Assembly (NCBI RefSeq): GCF_000734015.1
Contig: NZ_CP008796.1
Span: 60,001-92,000, forward strand
DNA: 32,000 bases
DNA from: Thermodesulfobacterium commune DSM 2178
GTDB lineage: Bacteria; Desulfobacterota; Thermodesulfobacteria; Thermodesulfobacteriales; Thermodesulfobacteriaceae
Direction: 5' to 3'
Under the pieces are notes generated by a model. That model was given only the letters and a program-made list of their open reading frames with translations, searched no databases and was not told the DNA's origin. This document shows positions 24,036-32,000 of this stretch, one piece after another; within the stretch, counting starts at the first letter, position 1, and every line of letters starts with the position of its first letter. Position numbers and translations under genes: made by a program.

Positions 24036-25589
24036 TTATTTTAATTTTAGAAGCTTTGCTATCTTTTGGTCGTAACCGTAGAGGTCTTCAAGATAGTAGA
24101 TATAAGGTTTTTTTACTACAGTAGTAAAATAAACAAGATAAACAGGAATAGGGGAATTAATGGAGATATAGATGGTTTTATCTGATTGTAAAGCCTTTAT
24201 CAGCCTTTTTTCATCCCAACCGTTAGTATAACCATTGGCTACCAAAAACCTGGCTAATTCAACCGCATTTTTAACCCTTACGCATCCTGAACTAAAGTCC
24301 CTCTTAGCATATCTAAAAAGATGTTTTTTAGGGGTATCATGTAGGTAAACGTCAAAAGGGTTGGGGAACTGAAATTTAACCTTTCCTAAGGCATTTCCGT
24401 TTCCCGGAGGTTGGACCAGTCTAAAGGGTAAATGAGGACGGTTGTAGTTTTCCCAGTTTATACTAAACGGACTTATTTCTGTGTTGTTGGCATAGACCTT
24501 TACCCTCTGTTTTAAAAGATATCCAGGGTCTTTGGTAATTTTAGGAAAAAAATCTTTTAGATAGACATTAGGAGGAACATTCCAGGGAGGGTTTATTACT
24601 AAGTGGGTGATTTTACTGTAAAGGAGAGGAGTAGGCCTAAAATCCTTAGGATTGCTTTTTCCAACGATAACAGGGCTATAAAAAATCACATTACCCTCTC
24701 TTATTACAGAAAGCTCAAAAGAGGGTATGTTTACCCAAACGTATAGGTCTTCTGGTTTTCTCTGGGGTAACCATCTAAACTTTTCTAAGTTTATGCTGAT
24801 TTGAGTCACCCGTTTTTTTGGTAGAAGTTCTAACAACCTTACTGTTTGCTGATCTATGATCCCGGTTGGTTTTAGGTTTTGTCCTTTTTGAAATTTCTGG
24901 ATAGCTACCTTAAGCTCTTGGTCATAGGTTTGACTTTCGGTAAAAGTTTCAAGATACCCAAGGAGATAAAGTCTTTTCCTAATTTTAGGTATTAGATGGC
25001 TCTGGTCTCCTAGTTTTAATTTTTTATCAAGTTCTATAGGGTCATCCTTGGTTACTTCTATGATTTCTTTATAACGCCTTAAATAATCCTTTAAAATATG
25101 ATATTCCTCAAACTCTGGGGCTAAGGCTGTAAACAGGTCTTCTAACCTATCTTCTTCTAAAAGCTTGGCTAAAGTGGTTACTACCGTATCCTTTTTAGAG
25201 GGAAAGTTCACCATAGAAAAGACTTTATTAGGATTAACCCTTCCATAATAGGTATGATAGGCAAGTTTTAACAGCGTATCTGTTAGCTTTACCTCTTTTA
25301 TCCAACCCTCTTCATTATCTTCATTAAAGTCTACCTGATAGTCTGCAGGGTTTAAACCCTCCCAGGCTGAATTTTCTATTAGTTTTTTAAGCTTTTCTAT
25401 GTTTTTTTCATTCCAGATGGGTTTACATCCTAACAGCTGGTAAAGGCTGGTTATCTGAGAGGGATAGTTAAGAGAACTTTGGTATTCTGAGAGGGCTCCT
25501 GAGGGACATTCTTCAGCACCCTGTATGCTTTTACAGGCATATATAAAAAATACAGAAAAAAACAGGGAAAAAACCAAAACTTTTTTCAT
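24036..25589 (-). CDS. ldtD: L,D-transpeptidase, YcbB/LdtD-like (PG-binding + YkuD domains)
   Basis: A signal peptide is present. A PG_binding_1-like region reads LKVAIQKFQKGQNLKPTGIIDQQT. The YkuD catalytic motifs are YLHDTP and FSSGCVRV. Confidence 0.85.
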   Translation of the reverse strand: MKKVLVFSLFFSVFFIYACKSIQGAEECPSGALSEYQSSLNYPSQITSLYQLLGCKPIWNEKNIEKLKKLIENSAWEGLNPADYQVDFNEDNEEGWIKEVKLTDTLLKLAYHTYYGRVNPNKVFSMVNFPSKKDTVVTTLAKLLEEDRLEDLFTALAPEFEEYHILKDYLRRYKEIIEVTKDDPIELDKKLKLGDQSHLIPKIRKRLYLLGYLETFTESQTYDQELKVAIQKFQKGQNLKPTGIIDQQTVRLLELLPKKRVTQISINLEKFRWLPQRKPEDLYVWVNIPSFELSVIREGNVIFYSPVIVGKSNPKDFRPTPLLYSKITHLVINPPWNVPPNVYLKDFFPKITKDPGYLLKQRVKVYANNTEISPFSINWENYNRPHLPFRLVQPPGNGNALGKVKFQFPNPFDVYLHDTPKKHLFRYAKRDFSSGCVRVKNAVELARFLVANGYTNGWDEKRLIKALQSDKTIYISINSPIPVYLVYFTTVVKKPYIYYLEDLYGYDQKIAKLLKLK

Positions 25590-25693
25590 ACAAAATTTAG
25601 TGGTTTTTAACTAAAATTTTTTAGAATTTGGAATATAACATAAAAAGGTTTGTTAGCAAGCAACATTAAATCTTTTAACAAAAGTTATTAAGG

Positions 25694-25721
25694 TTGGTTT
25701 TTGTTTAAGTTTTGGTAAAAT
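25694..25721 (+). promoter_or_regulatory. Candidate extended -10 promoter for the epimerase operon
   Basis: TTGGTT (25694-25699), a 16-nt spacer, then TGgTAAAAT (25713-25721). It overlaps the track's ATG at 25720, which argues for the downstream start. Confidence 0.4.
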
Positions 25722-25758
25722 GAAATTTTACGGAGATTGCAAGGAGGGAAAAAAGAGG

Positions 25759-26739
25759 ATGGGATATTATCTTGTTACAGGGGCAGCTGGGTTTATAGGA
25801 TGGAGGGTAAGTGAGTTTTTGTTAAGGGATGGGGAAAAGGTATTAGGGGTGGATAACCTAAATGCGGCCTATGATGTTAAGCTAAAGGAATGGAGGCTTT
25901 CTCAGTTAAAACGTTTTGATACCTTTAAGTTTTACAAGCTTGATCTGGCTAACTTTGAAGCAGTCCGGTTGTTGTTTGAAAACTATCAGATCAAGGCAGT
26001 TATTCATCTTGCAGCAAGAGCAGGGGTGAGAGCAAGCTTAATTGACCCCTGGGCTTATGTAGAAAGTAACGTAAAAGCAACGTTAAACCTTCTTGAGGCT
26101 ATGAAGGATTTTCAAGTCAACAAGATGGTTTTAGCCTCTACTTCCTCCCTTTATGCAGGCCTTAATCCTCCTTTTGATGAAGAATTAAAGGTAAATAAAC
26201 CTTTATCTCCCTATGCCGCTACCAAGGGTTCTGCGGAACTTTTGGCTTATACCTACCATCATCTTTATGGGCTTGATATAACGGTTACCAGATATTTTAC
26301 GGTTTATGGACCTGCAGGAAGGCCAGATATGAGTATTTTTAGATTTATAAAATGGATTTATGAGGAAAAGCCTATAGTGGTTTATGGAGATGGCACCCAG
26401 GCAAGAGATTTTACCTATATAGATGATATAGCTAAGGGAACGCTTCTTGCTTTGAAACCCTTAGGTTATGAAATCATCAACCTTGGGGGAGGAAGGAACC
26501 CAATTTCTATCAACCAAATCATCAGCCTTCTTGAAGGTTTGCTTGGTAAAAAAGCCAAGGTAGAGTATCGACCTTTTCATAAGGCAGACATGAAGGTTAC
26601 CTGGGCTGAGATAGGTAAGGCCAAAAGGCTTTTAGGCTGGGAACCTGAAGTTTCTATAGAAGAGGGGCTTAAAAGAACGGTTGACTGGAGTATTGAAAAC
26701 ATAGAACTTGTAAAGGCGGTAAACCTTGAGACAGAATAA
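25759..26739 (+). CDS. NAD-dependent nucleotide-sugar epimerase/dehydratase (UDP-glucuronate 4-epimerase-like SDR)
   Basis: It has a Rossmann motif VTGAAGFIG, the catalytic YAATK (YxxxK), and the STSSLYG-like ASTSSLYAG. I prefer the ATG at 25759, which has an AAGGAGGG RBS 10 nt upstream, over the track start at 25720. Confidence 0.85.
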   Translation: MGYYLVTGAAGFIGWRVSEFLLRDGEKVLGVDNLNAAYDVKLKEWRLSQLKRFDTFKFYKLDLANFEAVRLLFENYQIKAVIHLAARAGVRASLIDPWAYVESNVKATLNLLEAMKDFQVNKMVLASTSSLYAGLNPPFDEELKVNKPLSPYAATKGSAELLAYTYHHLYGLDITVTRYFTVYGPAGRPDMSIFRFIKWIYEEKPIVVYGDGTQARDFTYIDDIAKGTLLALKPLGYEIINLGGGRNPISINQIISLLEGLLGKKAKVEYRPFHKADMKVTWAEIGKAKRLLGWEPEVSIEEGLKRTVDWSIENIELVKAVNLETE

Positions 26740-27283
26740 CCTGAAAACCCTTGTTTTTTATGCTCGGACTTTGTCAGAAAAGGGTTTAGTAGCAGGGTCT
26801 GAAGGGAATTTTTCTGTAAGAACTAAGTATGGTTTTTGGATTACTCCCTCTGGCAGAGTAAAGCAAGGATTAAGTAAAAGGGATTTTGTTTTTGTAGGTT
26901 GGGATAAGAGCTTTATCAACGGAAGGCCCTCTTCTGAATGGGGGATGCATTTTCTGATCTATAAAAAAAATCCTCAGGCTAACTCGGTGATACATACTCA
27001 CCCCCTTTATACTTTACGTTTGTTTTCAACGGATTTTGATTTTAATGAGTTTAGCCTCAAAGAGGCAGAAATTTTGTTAAAAAACATAGCAAAAGTTCCT
27101 TTTTTACCTCCTGGGTCTCAGGAACTTTGGGAAAGGGTGGGAGAGGCTTCGTTGACAAGTAAGGTGATTTTTTTGCAAGGTCATGGGTTGGTTACCTGGG
27201 GGGAAACGATAGAAGAGGCGGTAAGCTTGACTGAAATCTTAGAGAAACTTTCTAAGTTTGAGTTGCTAAAAAATACGAGATAA
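26726..27283 (+). CDS. Class II aldolase/adducin-domain protein
   Basis: 185 aa with the EGNFSVR and VIHTHP (metal-binding His) motifs. It uses a TTG start that overlaps the epimerase 3' end by 14 nt. Confidence 0.75.
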   Translation: MRQNNLKTLVFYARTLSEKGLVAGSEGNFSVRTKYGFWITPSGRVKQGLSKRDFVFVGWDKSFINGRPSSEWGMHFLIYKKNPQANSVIHTHPLYTLRLFSTDFDFNEFSLKEAEILLKNIAKVPFLPPGSQELWERVGEASLTSKVIFLQGHGLVTWGETIEEAVSLTEILEKLSKFELLKNTR

Positions 27284-27295
27284 AGGGGGAAGGTT

Positions 27296-28588
27296 ATGGA
27301 AAGGATAAGGTCACAACTTTTTTATAAAAAAGCTTTAGAGGTTATACCTGGAGGGGTAAACAGCCCTGTTAGGGCTTGTAAAGCAGTAAAAGCAGACCCT
27401 GTGTTTTTTGAAAGAGGAGAGGGTGCTTATTTAATAGACGTAGATGGCAATAGATATATAGATTATGTATGTTCTTGGGGTCCTCTTATCTTAGGCCATG
27501 CCCATCCAGAGGTAATCGCCGGGGTTTATTTTGCTTCTAAAAGAGGCACAAGCTTTGGTGCACCTACCTGGCAAGAGGTTGAACTTGCGGAGCTTATAAA
27601 AAATGCGGTTCCCTCTATCGAAAAAATTCGTCTGGTTAACTCAGGAACCGAAGCCACGATGAGTGCCATAAGGCTTGCCAGAGCCTATACCAACCGTAAA
27701 AAAATCATCAAGTTTGAGGGATGTTACCATGGGCATGTAGACGCTTTATTGGTAAAAGCTGGTTCAGGTTTGGCTACCTTTGGGATACCTGCAAGCCCAG
27801 GGGTTCCTGAAGAACTTACGGCTCATACCTTAAACCTTCCGTTTAACGATTTCGAAAAGGTAAAAGAAGTCTTTGAAAAGTTTGGAGAAGAGATAGCCGC
27901 GGTGATAGTGGAGCCAGTGCCAGCTAACATGGGAGTTATTCCTCCTAAGGAGGGTTTTCTTAAGTTTTTAAGAGAAATAACCCAGCAGTATGGATCTCTT
28001 CTTATTTTTGATGAGGTAATTACAGGTTTCAGGTTAGGGGTGGGAGGAGCTCAAGAAGCCTATGGGGTAATTCCAGACCTTACCTGTTTAGGAAAGATAA
28101 TAGGAGGAGGGCTTCCGGTAGGTGCTTATGGAGGTAAAGCTGAAATTATGAATTTAGTTGCTCCTGAGGGACCTGTGTATCAAGCAGGTACCCTTTCTGG
28201 AAATCCTATAGCTGTAGCCGCAGGTCTTGCTACCTTAAAGGAATTACTAAAACCAGGGACTTATGAAAGACTTAATCTGATGGCAGAACTTTTAGAAAAG
28301 GGAATAAGAGAGGCTTTAGAAGACCTTGATCTTAACTATCGTTTACATCGAGTTGGGTCTATGCTTACCCTCTTTTTTACCGAGAAAGAGGTTATTGATT
28401 TTGAAACAGCGTTGAGTTGTGACACCCATCTTTTTGCAGAGTTCTGGCAAAGGATGTTAGAAAAGGGTGTTTACCTTCCTCCTTCCCAGTTTGAGGCTTG
28501 GTTTGTGTCTTTAGCCCATAAGGAAAAAGAGATAGAAAAAACCGTTGAGGCGGTGTATAAGGTGCTAAAAAAGCTTAGAAAAGATTAA
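27296..28588 (+). CDS. hemL: Glutamate-1-semialdehyde 2,1-aminomutase
   Basis: The N-terminus is GGVNSPVRA. The motifs NSGTEATM and FDEVITGFR are present, and the PLP-Lys context is LGKIIGGGLPVGAYGG. Confidence 0.95.
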   Translation: MERIRSQLFYKKALEVIPGGVNSPVRACKAVKADPVFFERGEGAYLIDVDGNRYIDYVCSWGPLILGHAHPEVIAGVYFASKRGTSFGAPTWQEVELAELIKNAVPSIEKIRLVNSGTEATMSAIRLARAYTNRKKIIKFEGCYHGHVDALLVKAGSGLATFGIPASPGVPEELTAHTLNLPFNDFEKVKEVFEKFGEEIAAVIVEPVPANMGVIPPKEGFLKFLREITQQYGSLLIFDEVITGFRLGVGGAQEAYGVIPDLTCLGKIIGGGLPVGAYGGKAEIMNLVAPEGPVYQAGTLSGNPIAVAAGLATLKELLKPGTYERLNLMAELLEKGIREALEDLDLNYRLHRVGSMLTLFFTEKEVIDFETALSCDTHLFAEFWQRMLEKGVYLPPSQFEAWFVSLAHKEKEIEKTVEAVYKVLKKLRKD

Positions 28589-29628
28589 AGAATAAGGGTA
28601 GCATCTCCATAAGAATAGAAACGATATTTTTGAGCTATGGCCTCTTGATAGGCTTTTAAAATAAGGTCCCTTCCGGCAAAGGCGCAAACTAAAAGAAGTA
28701 AAGAAGACTTAGGGAGGTGGAAATTGGTAATCATCGCAGAAACTACCTGAAAGGTAAAACCAGGATAGATGTAAAGGTCGCAAAGACCTTTATAAGGTAT
28801 AAAACCTTTTTGAGCGATAAATTCTAAGGTTCTAACTGTGGTTGTACCTACCGCAAAAATCCTTCTTTTTTCTTTCAAAGCCTTTTTTATTTCTTCTATC
28901 ACCTCAGACTCTACCTCTATGTATTCTGGCTCTACCCTGTGTTTTCTTATGTCTTGAACTTTTATCGGGGCAAAGGTACCATAACCTACATGAAGGGTAA
29001 TAAAGTTTATGCTGACCCCCTTTTGTTTAAGGAGGTCAAGTAGATAAGAGTCAAAATGAAACCCTGCGGTAGGGGCTGCGATAGACCCTTCTTTTTGTGC
29101 ATAAACCGTTTGATATCGCAATAAGTCTAATTCTTCTGGTTCTCTTTTGATGTAAGGAGGAAGAGGAGCTTTACCGTGTTTATAAATCAAGATTTCTAAA
29201 GGCTGGTTGGCTTTAAGTTCAACTAAAAATCTACCCCCTTCTAACGATTCTAACACTTTTATGGTAATTTCATTAGCCATGATTTCTGTGCCTTTTCTTA
29301 TTCTTTTACCTTTGATAAGGGCTAAGGTTTGAAAAGACAACCCTTGAGGTTTTTGAAAAAGAAGGAGTTCGACCTCCCCTCCAGTAGGCTTTATACCTTT
29401 AAGCCTTGCAGGAAAAACTTTGGTATTATTAAGGACTAAAAGGTCTCCTTTTTGAAAATACCTTTCTATTTCAGCAAAGGTTTGGTGAAAAAAAAGTTTC
29501 TGGGTTTTTCTGTCTATAACTAAGAGGTGAGAGCTTTTTCGGTCTTCTACAGGAAAATAGGCTATCAGCTCTTCAGGAAGAGGATAATCATAATAATCTA
29601 GTCTAAATTCTTTAGGAATGACACTCAT
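28585..29628 (-). CDS. queA: S-adenosylmethionine:tRNA ribosyltransferase-isomerase
   Basis: 347 aa with FDYPLPEELIA, GSIAAPTAGFHF, AVGTTTVRTLE and YRFYSYGDA. Confidence 0.93.
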   Translation of the reverse strand: MSVIPKEFRLDYYDYPLPEELIAYFPVEDRKSSHLLVIDRKTQKLFFHQTFAEIERYFQKGDLLVLNNTKVFPARLKGIKPTGGEVELLLFQKPQGLSFQTLALIKGKRIRKGTEIMANEITIKVLESLEGGRFLVELKANQPLEILIYKHGKAPLPPYIKREPEELDLLRYQTVYAQKEGSIAAPTAGFHFDSYLLDLLKQKGVSINFITLHVGYGTFAPIKVQDIRKHRVEPEYIEVESEVIEEIKKALKEKRRIFAVGTTTVRTLEFIAQKGFIPYKGLCDLYIYPGFTFQVVSAMITNFHLPKSSLLLLVCAFAGRDLILKAYQEAIAQKYRFYSYGDATLIL

Positions 29629-30885
29629 TTAAAGATAGAGAGCAGGAACCATTTCAGGGGCTAAAAGGTCTTCTATAGTTTCTCTCCTTCTTATCACAAA
29701 GAAACGGTCTCCGTCTACCAAAACCTCCGGGACTCTTGGCCTTGAATTATAGTTAGAACTCATCACAAAACCATAGGCTCCAGCACTCATGATAGCAAGT
29801 AGGTCCCCTCTTTTAACCCTTGGTATTTTTCGATCTTTAGCAAAAAAATCACTACTTTCACAGATTGGACCTACGATGTCTACCACCACTTCTTCCTCGT
29901 TTTTTTCTTCTACCGTAATGATTTTATGGTAGGCTTGATAAAAAGCAGGCCTTATCAAGTCGTTCATTCCCGCATCCACGATAACAAATTTTTTTTCAAG
30001 GTTTTCTTTGTTGTAAAGCACTTTGGTCACCAGTATACCTGCGTTACCCACAATCACCCTACCAGGTTCTAAAATAAGGGTGGCTTTAAGGTCTTGAGCT
30101 TCTTTTATGATGGCTTCAGCGTATTCTTCTGGTAAAGGTGGTTCTTCGTTGTTATAGATAATACCAAGGCCACCACCTAAGTCTAAATATTTAAGCTCTA
30201 TACCTAAAGAGGTAATTTCCTCCCAGATCTTTTTTAGCCGGTAGAGAGCATCTTTAAAAGGAGAAATAGAGGTTATCTGAGAGCCGATATGGGCGTCAAG
30301 TCCTATAGGTTTTAAAAAGGGATGGTCTTTGGCTTTTTTATAGGCTTCAACCACCATTTCTTCAGGTATCCCAAATTTGTTTTTCTTAAGCCCTGTTGAG
30401 ATGTAAGGGTGAGTCTGAGGGTCCACATCTGGATTAACCCTTAAGGCAAAAGGAGCTGGTTTCCCTAATCTTTTGGCAACCTCACCCAAGACCTCAAGCT
30501 CTTCTAAGCTTTCAACGTTAAACATAAGAATCCCTGTTGAAAGAGCCATCTCTATTTCTTTTTCAGTCTTTCCTACCCCGGAAAATACAATTTTCTGAGG
30601 GTTGATACCTGCTTTTAAGGCTCTCTGAAGCTCTCCGCCTGAGACTATGTCAGCCCCTGAGCCTAAACTTCTTAACAGAGAAAGTATGGCTACGTTAGAG
30701 TTGGCTTTAACTGAATAACAAATAATATGGTCTACAGGAAGAAAGGAATTTTCAAACACCTTAAAGTGCCTTTTGATCGTACTGGCAGAATATATGTAAA
30801 CCGGAGTGCCTAACTCTTCTACGATCTTTTTCACAGGAACTTCTTCACAAAAAAGTTCTCCGTTTTTATATCCAAAATAATGCAT
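29629..30885 (-). CDS. lysA: Diaminopimelate decarboxylase
   Basis: It is a fold-III PLP decarboxylase. The PLP-Lys motif is YSVKAN. It also has HIGSQ, GGGLGI, EPGR and the CESSD active-site Cys. Confidence 0.93.
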   Translation of the reverse strand: MHYFGYKNGELFCEEVPVKKIVEELGTPVYIYSASTIKRHFKVFENSFLPVDHIICYSVKANSNVAILSLLRSLGSGADIVSGGELQRALKAGINPQKIVFSGVGKTEKEIEMALSTGILMFNVESLEELEVLGEVAKRLGKPAPFALRVNPDVDPQTHPYISTGLKKNKFGIPEEMVVEAYKKAKDHPFLKPIGLDAHIGSQITSISPFKDALYRLKKIWEEITSLGIELKYLDLGGGLGIIYNNEEPPLPEEYAEAIIKEAQDLKATLILEPGRVIVGNAGILVTKVLYNKENLEKKFVIVDAGMNDLIRPAFYQAYHKIITVEEKNEEEVVVDIVGPICESSDFFAKDRKIPRVKRGDLLAIMSAGAYGFVMSSNYNSRPRVPEVLVDGDRFFVIRRRETIEDLLAPEMVPALYL

Positions 30886-30918
30886 CCTTACTCCCCTCGC
30901 TATTTTAGAATTTTTTTA

Positions 30919-30946
30919 AATATACATAAAACCCTACTTTTGTCAA
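30919..30946 (-). promoter_or_regulatory. Sigma70-type promoter for lysA-queA
   Basis: On the minus strand: TTGACA (complement of 30941-30946), a 16-nt spacer, then TATATT (complement of 30919-30924), preceded by TG. It sits about 35 nt upstream of the lysA ATG. Confidence 0.5.
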
Positions 30947-30960
30947 TGGTTAGAAGACTC

Positions 30961-31454
30961 CCCTAATTTGCCGATAAAAATTTATATTCTTTTATGTTTT
31001 ACCTATTTTCCAATCTGTCTACACGATTCCTAAACTAAAACTAAGAGGATTTCGTTATGCCACAAAATTCTCTTAACTTCACAATACTTAGAACTAACGA
31101 AAACCTAACCTCTCGTTCAGGATTTTTTGTTGATGCCTTTATCTGGTTCAAACAGAGGTTACAAGGATTTACTGCCATGGTATTACAGGAGGAGAAGAAT
31201 AGAGCCGGTTAAATGGGTTGGTGTGGAAGGTGGGGTTAGTAGAGTTTATAATATGGGGAGGTTAAGAGAGGATATGGGAGCAATATGTTTAGAATCAGGG
31301 GAAAAAGATTGAGAGGAGTGGGTACAGGTAGAAAATGGAATAGATTTTATATGGGGGTTGGGGAAGAACTATAGAAAGTAACTAAGGAATATGATTTTTA
31401 AGTTTAAAGATTACGGAAAAATTTTTTATTTTATTCTCTATCGGCAAATTTGGG
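30961..31454. mobile_element. MITE-like / internally deleted IS remnant with imperfect terminal inverted repeats
   Basis: The left end is CCCTAATTTGCCGATAAAAA (30961-30980). The reverse complement of the right end (31435-31454) is CCCAAATTTGCCGATAGAGA. They match at 15/16 over the first 16 nt and 17/20 over 20 nt. The interior has only a 51-codon ORF with a transposase-like N-terminus. I found no target-site duplication. Confidence 0.5.
31057..31212 (+). pseudogene. Truncated transposase N-terminal fragment (resembles IS1380/DDE_Tnp_1_5-type N-termini)
   Basis: The translation is MPQNSLNFTILRTNENLTSRSGFFVDAFIWFKQRLQGFTAMVLQEEKNRAG-stop, with an AAGAGGA RBS 7 nt upstream. The F-T...E.LTS.sG pattern recalls N-termini of that transposase group. 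This is weak and recalled from memory only. Confidence 0.3.
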
Positions 31455-31468
31455 TAAGATAAAAAACG

Positions 31469-31497
31469 TTGCTTGAACGGTTAATTCGTGGTAGAAT
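31469..31497 (+). promoter_or_regulatory. Extended -10 promoter for the AAA+ gene
   Basis: TTGCTT (31469-31474), a 17-nt spacer, then TGgTAGAAT (31489-31497). It sits 40 nt upstream of the ATG at 31537. Confidence 0.5.
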
Positions 31498-31536
31498 TCT
31501 TTAATAACATTATAAAAGTTAGGATAGGGAATTTTT

Positions 31537-32000
31537 ATGGAAACAGCGGTAATAGATGGTGTAACCCTTTATCTTAGCCATCCTGATGAACTTGATATTC
31601 CGGTTTATGAAAGAAAAGGTATTTTAGACCAAATTCTTGCTTGCTGGCTTAACGTAGACGAAAAGGACCTGCCTCTTACTCCCAGGTTGATAGGTAAACC
31701 AGGGGTAGGAAAGACAACCCTTGCCTATTTAGCCGCAAAAAAACTTAACAAGTCAGTCTATATCTTTCAAGCAACGGTAGACACAAGACCAGAAGACCTT
31801 ATCGTTACCCCTGTTATTTCAGAGGACAAAAAGATAAGATATATGGCAAGTCCCATCGTTTCTGCGATGATTAAAGGAGGAGTGGCTATTATCGATGAAG
31901 CAAACAGGATGAGCGAAAAATCTTGGGCCTCTTTAGCCCCTCTTCTTGATAGTAGAAGGTACGTAGAGTCTGTGGTTGCAGGGATTAAGATAAAGGCTCA
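31537..32000 (+). CDS. AAA+ ATPase, AAA_5 (MoxR/CbbQ/NorQ-like), 5' part only (runs off window)
   Basis: This ORF is not in the ORF track because it has no stop in the window. My translation is [94 protein letters not shown]...[29 protein letters not shown]. Walker A is GKPGVGKT. Walker B plus the sensor-like motif is IIDEANR. Confidence 0.8.
   Translation, partial: METAVIDGVTLYLSHPDELDIPVYERKGILDQILACWLNVDEKDLPLTPRLIGKPGVGKTTLAYLAAKKLNKSVYIFQATVDTRPEDLIVTPVISEDKKIRYMASPIVSAMIKGGVAIIDEANRMSEKSWASLAPLLDSRRYVESVVAGIKIKA

Noticed and set aside
25720-25758. Track start (ATG 25720) for the epimerase, adding MKFYGDCKEGKKR
   Set aside because: This ATG lies inside the predicted -10 element and has no RBS. 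The ATG at 25759 has an AAGGAGGG 10 nt upstream, and from it the protein begins directly at the Rossmann GAAGFIG fold.
30886-30960. A lysine riboswitch upstream of lysA, and likewise a Moco riboswitch upstream of moaA (11893)
   Set aside because: The lysA leader is only about 30 nt from the predicted promoter and about 75 nt from the mobile element, and it lacks the GC-rich helices of an L-box. moaA overlaps the upstream ORF, which leaves no leader.
31127-31312. 61-aa ORF inside the MITE-like element
   Set aside because: It has no RBS, overlaps the better-supported transposase-like fragment out of frame, and its Gly/Arg-rich sequence is driven by the G-rich composition.
31211-31370. Canonical G-quadruplex in the G-rich core
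   Set aside because: G3+ runs are present, but most are separated by loops longer than 7-12 nt. I found no four-tract G3+N1-7 unit by eye. The point is kept only as a minor possibility within the composition finding.

Overview
The window is a compact, low-GC bacterial chromosomal segment with a thermophile-like gene set. I cannot assign the organism; the content resembles Thermodesulfobacteriota or Aquificota-type lineages. I read about 33 protein genes, mostly housekeeping, and one initiator tRNA-Met.

Gene order, left to right:
- csp (partial), MFS transporter, hybrid histidine kinase/response regulator, Xer recombinase
- nrfHA, the cytochrome c nitrite reductase
- pfpI and tRNA-fMet
- a tight bpsA-efp-orf70-orf116 operon
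- a packed diguanylate cyclase / Trm112-like / DUF4416 / moaA / PSP1 / metG array
- a HIT protein
- a two-subunit biotin carboxylase
- the ffh / rpsP / KH / rimM / trmD block
- ldtD-mepK
- sugar epimerase, class II aldolase, hemL
- queA-lysA
- a partial AAA+ (MoxR/CbbQ-like) gene at the right edge

I found no CRISPR array, rRNA, prophage or recognisable defence island.

The items most worth a second look:
1. trmD is fused in frame to a second SPOUT (Tm1570-type) methyltransferase domain, which predicts a doubly knotted protein.
2. EF-P has a non-canonical modification loop (KISKNQP instead of KPGKGQA). It is translationally packed between a branched-polyamine aminopropyltransferase homologue and two unknown small proteins.
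3. A 494-bp MITE-like element sits between two divergent promoters. It has 15/16 terminal inverted repeats, a truncated transposase-like N-terminus and an extremely C-depleted, G-rich core.
4. The carboxyltransferase/BCCP subunit is divergent and extended, and could be either pyruvate carboxylase or 2-oxoglutarate carboxylase (CfiAB-like).

All functional calls come from motif recognition by eye, with no database search. I did not find a clearly novel multi-gene system, and most of the window is ordinary core genome.
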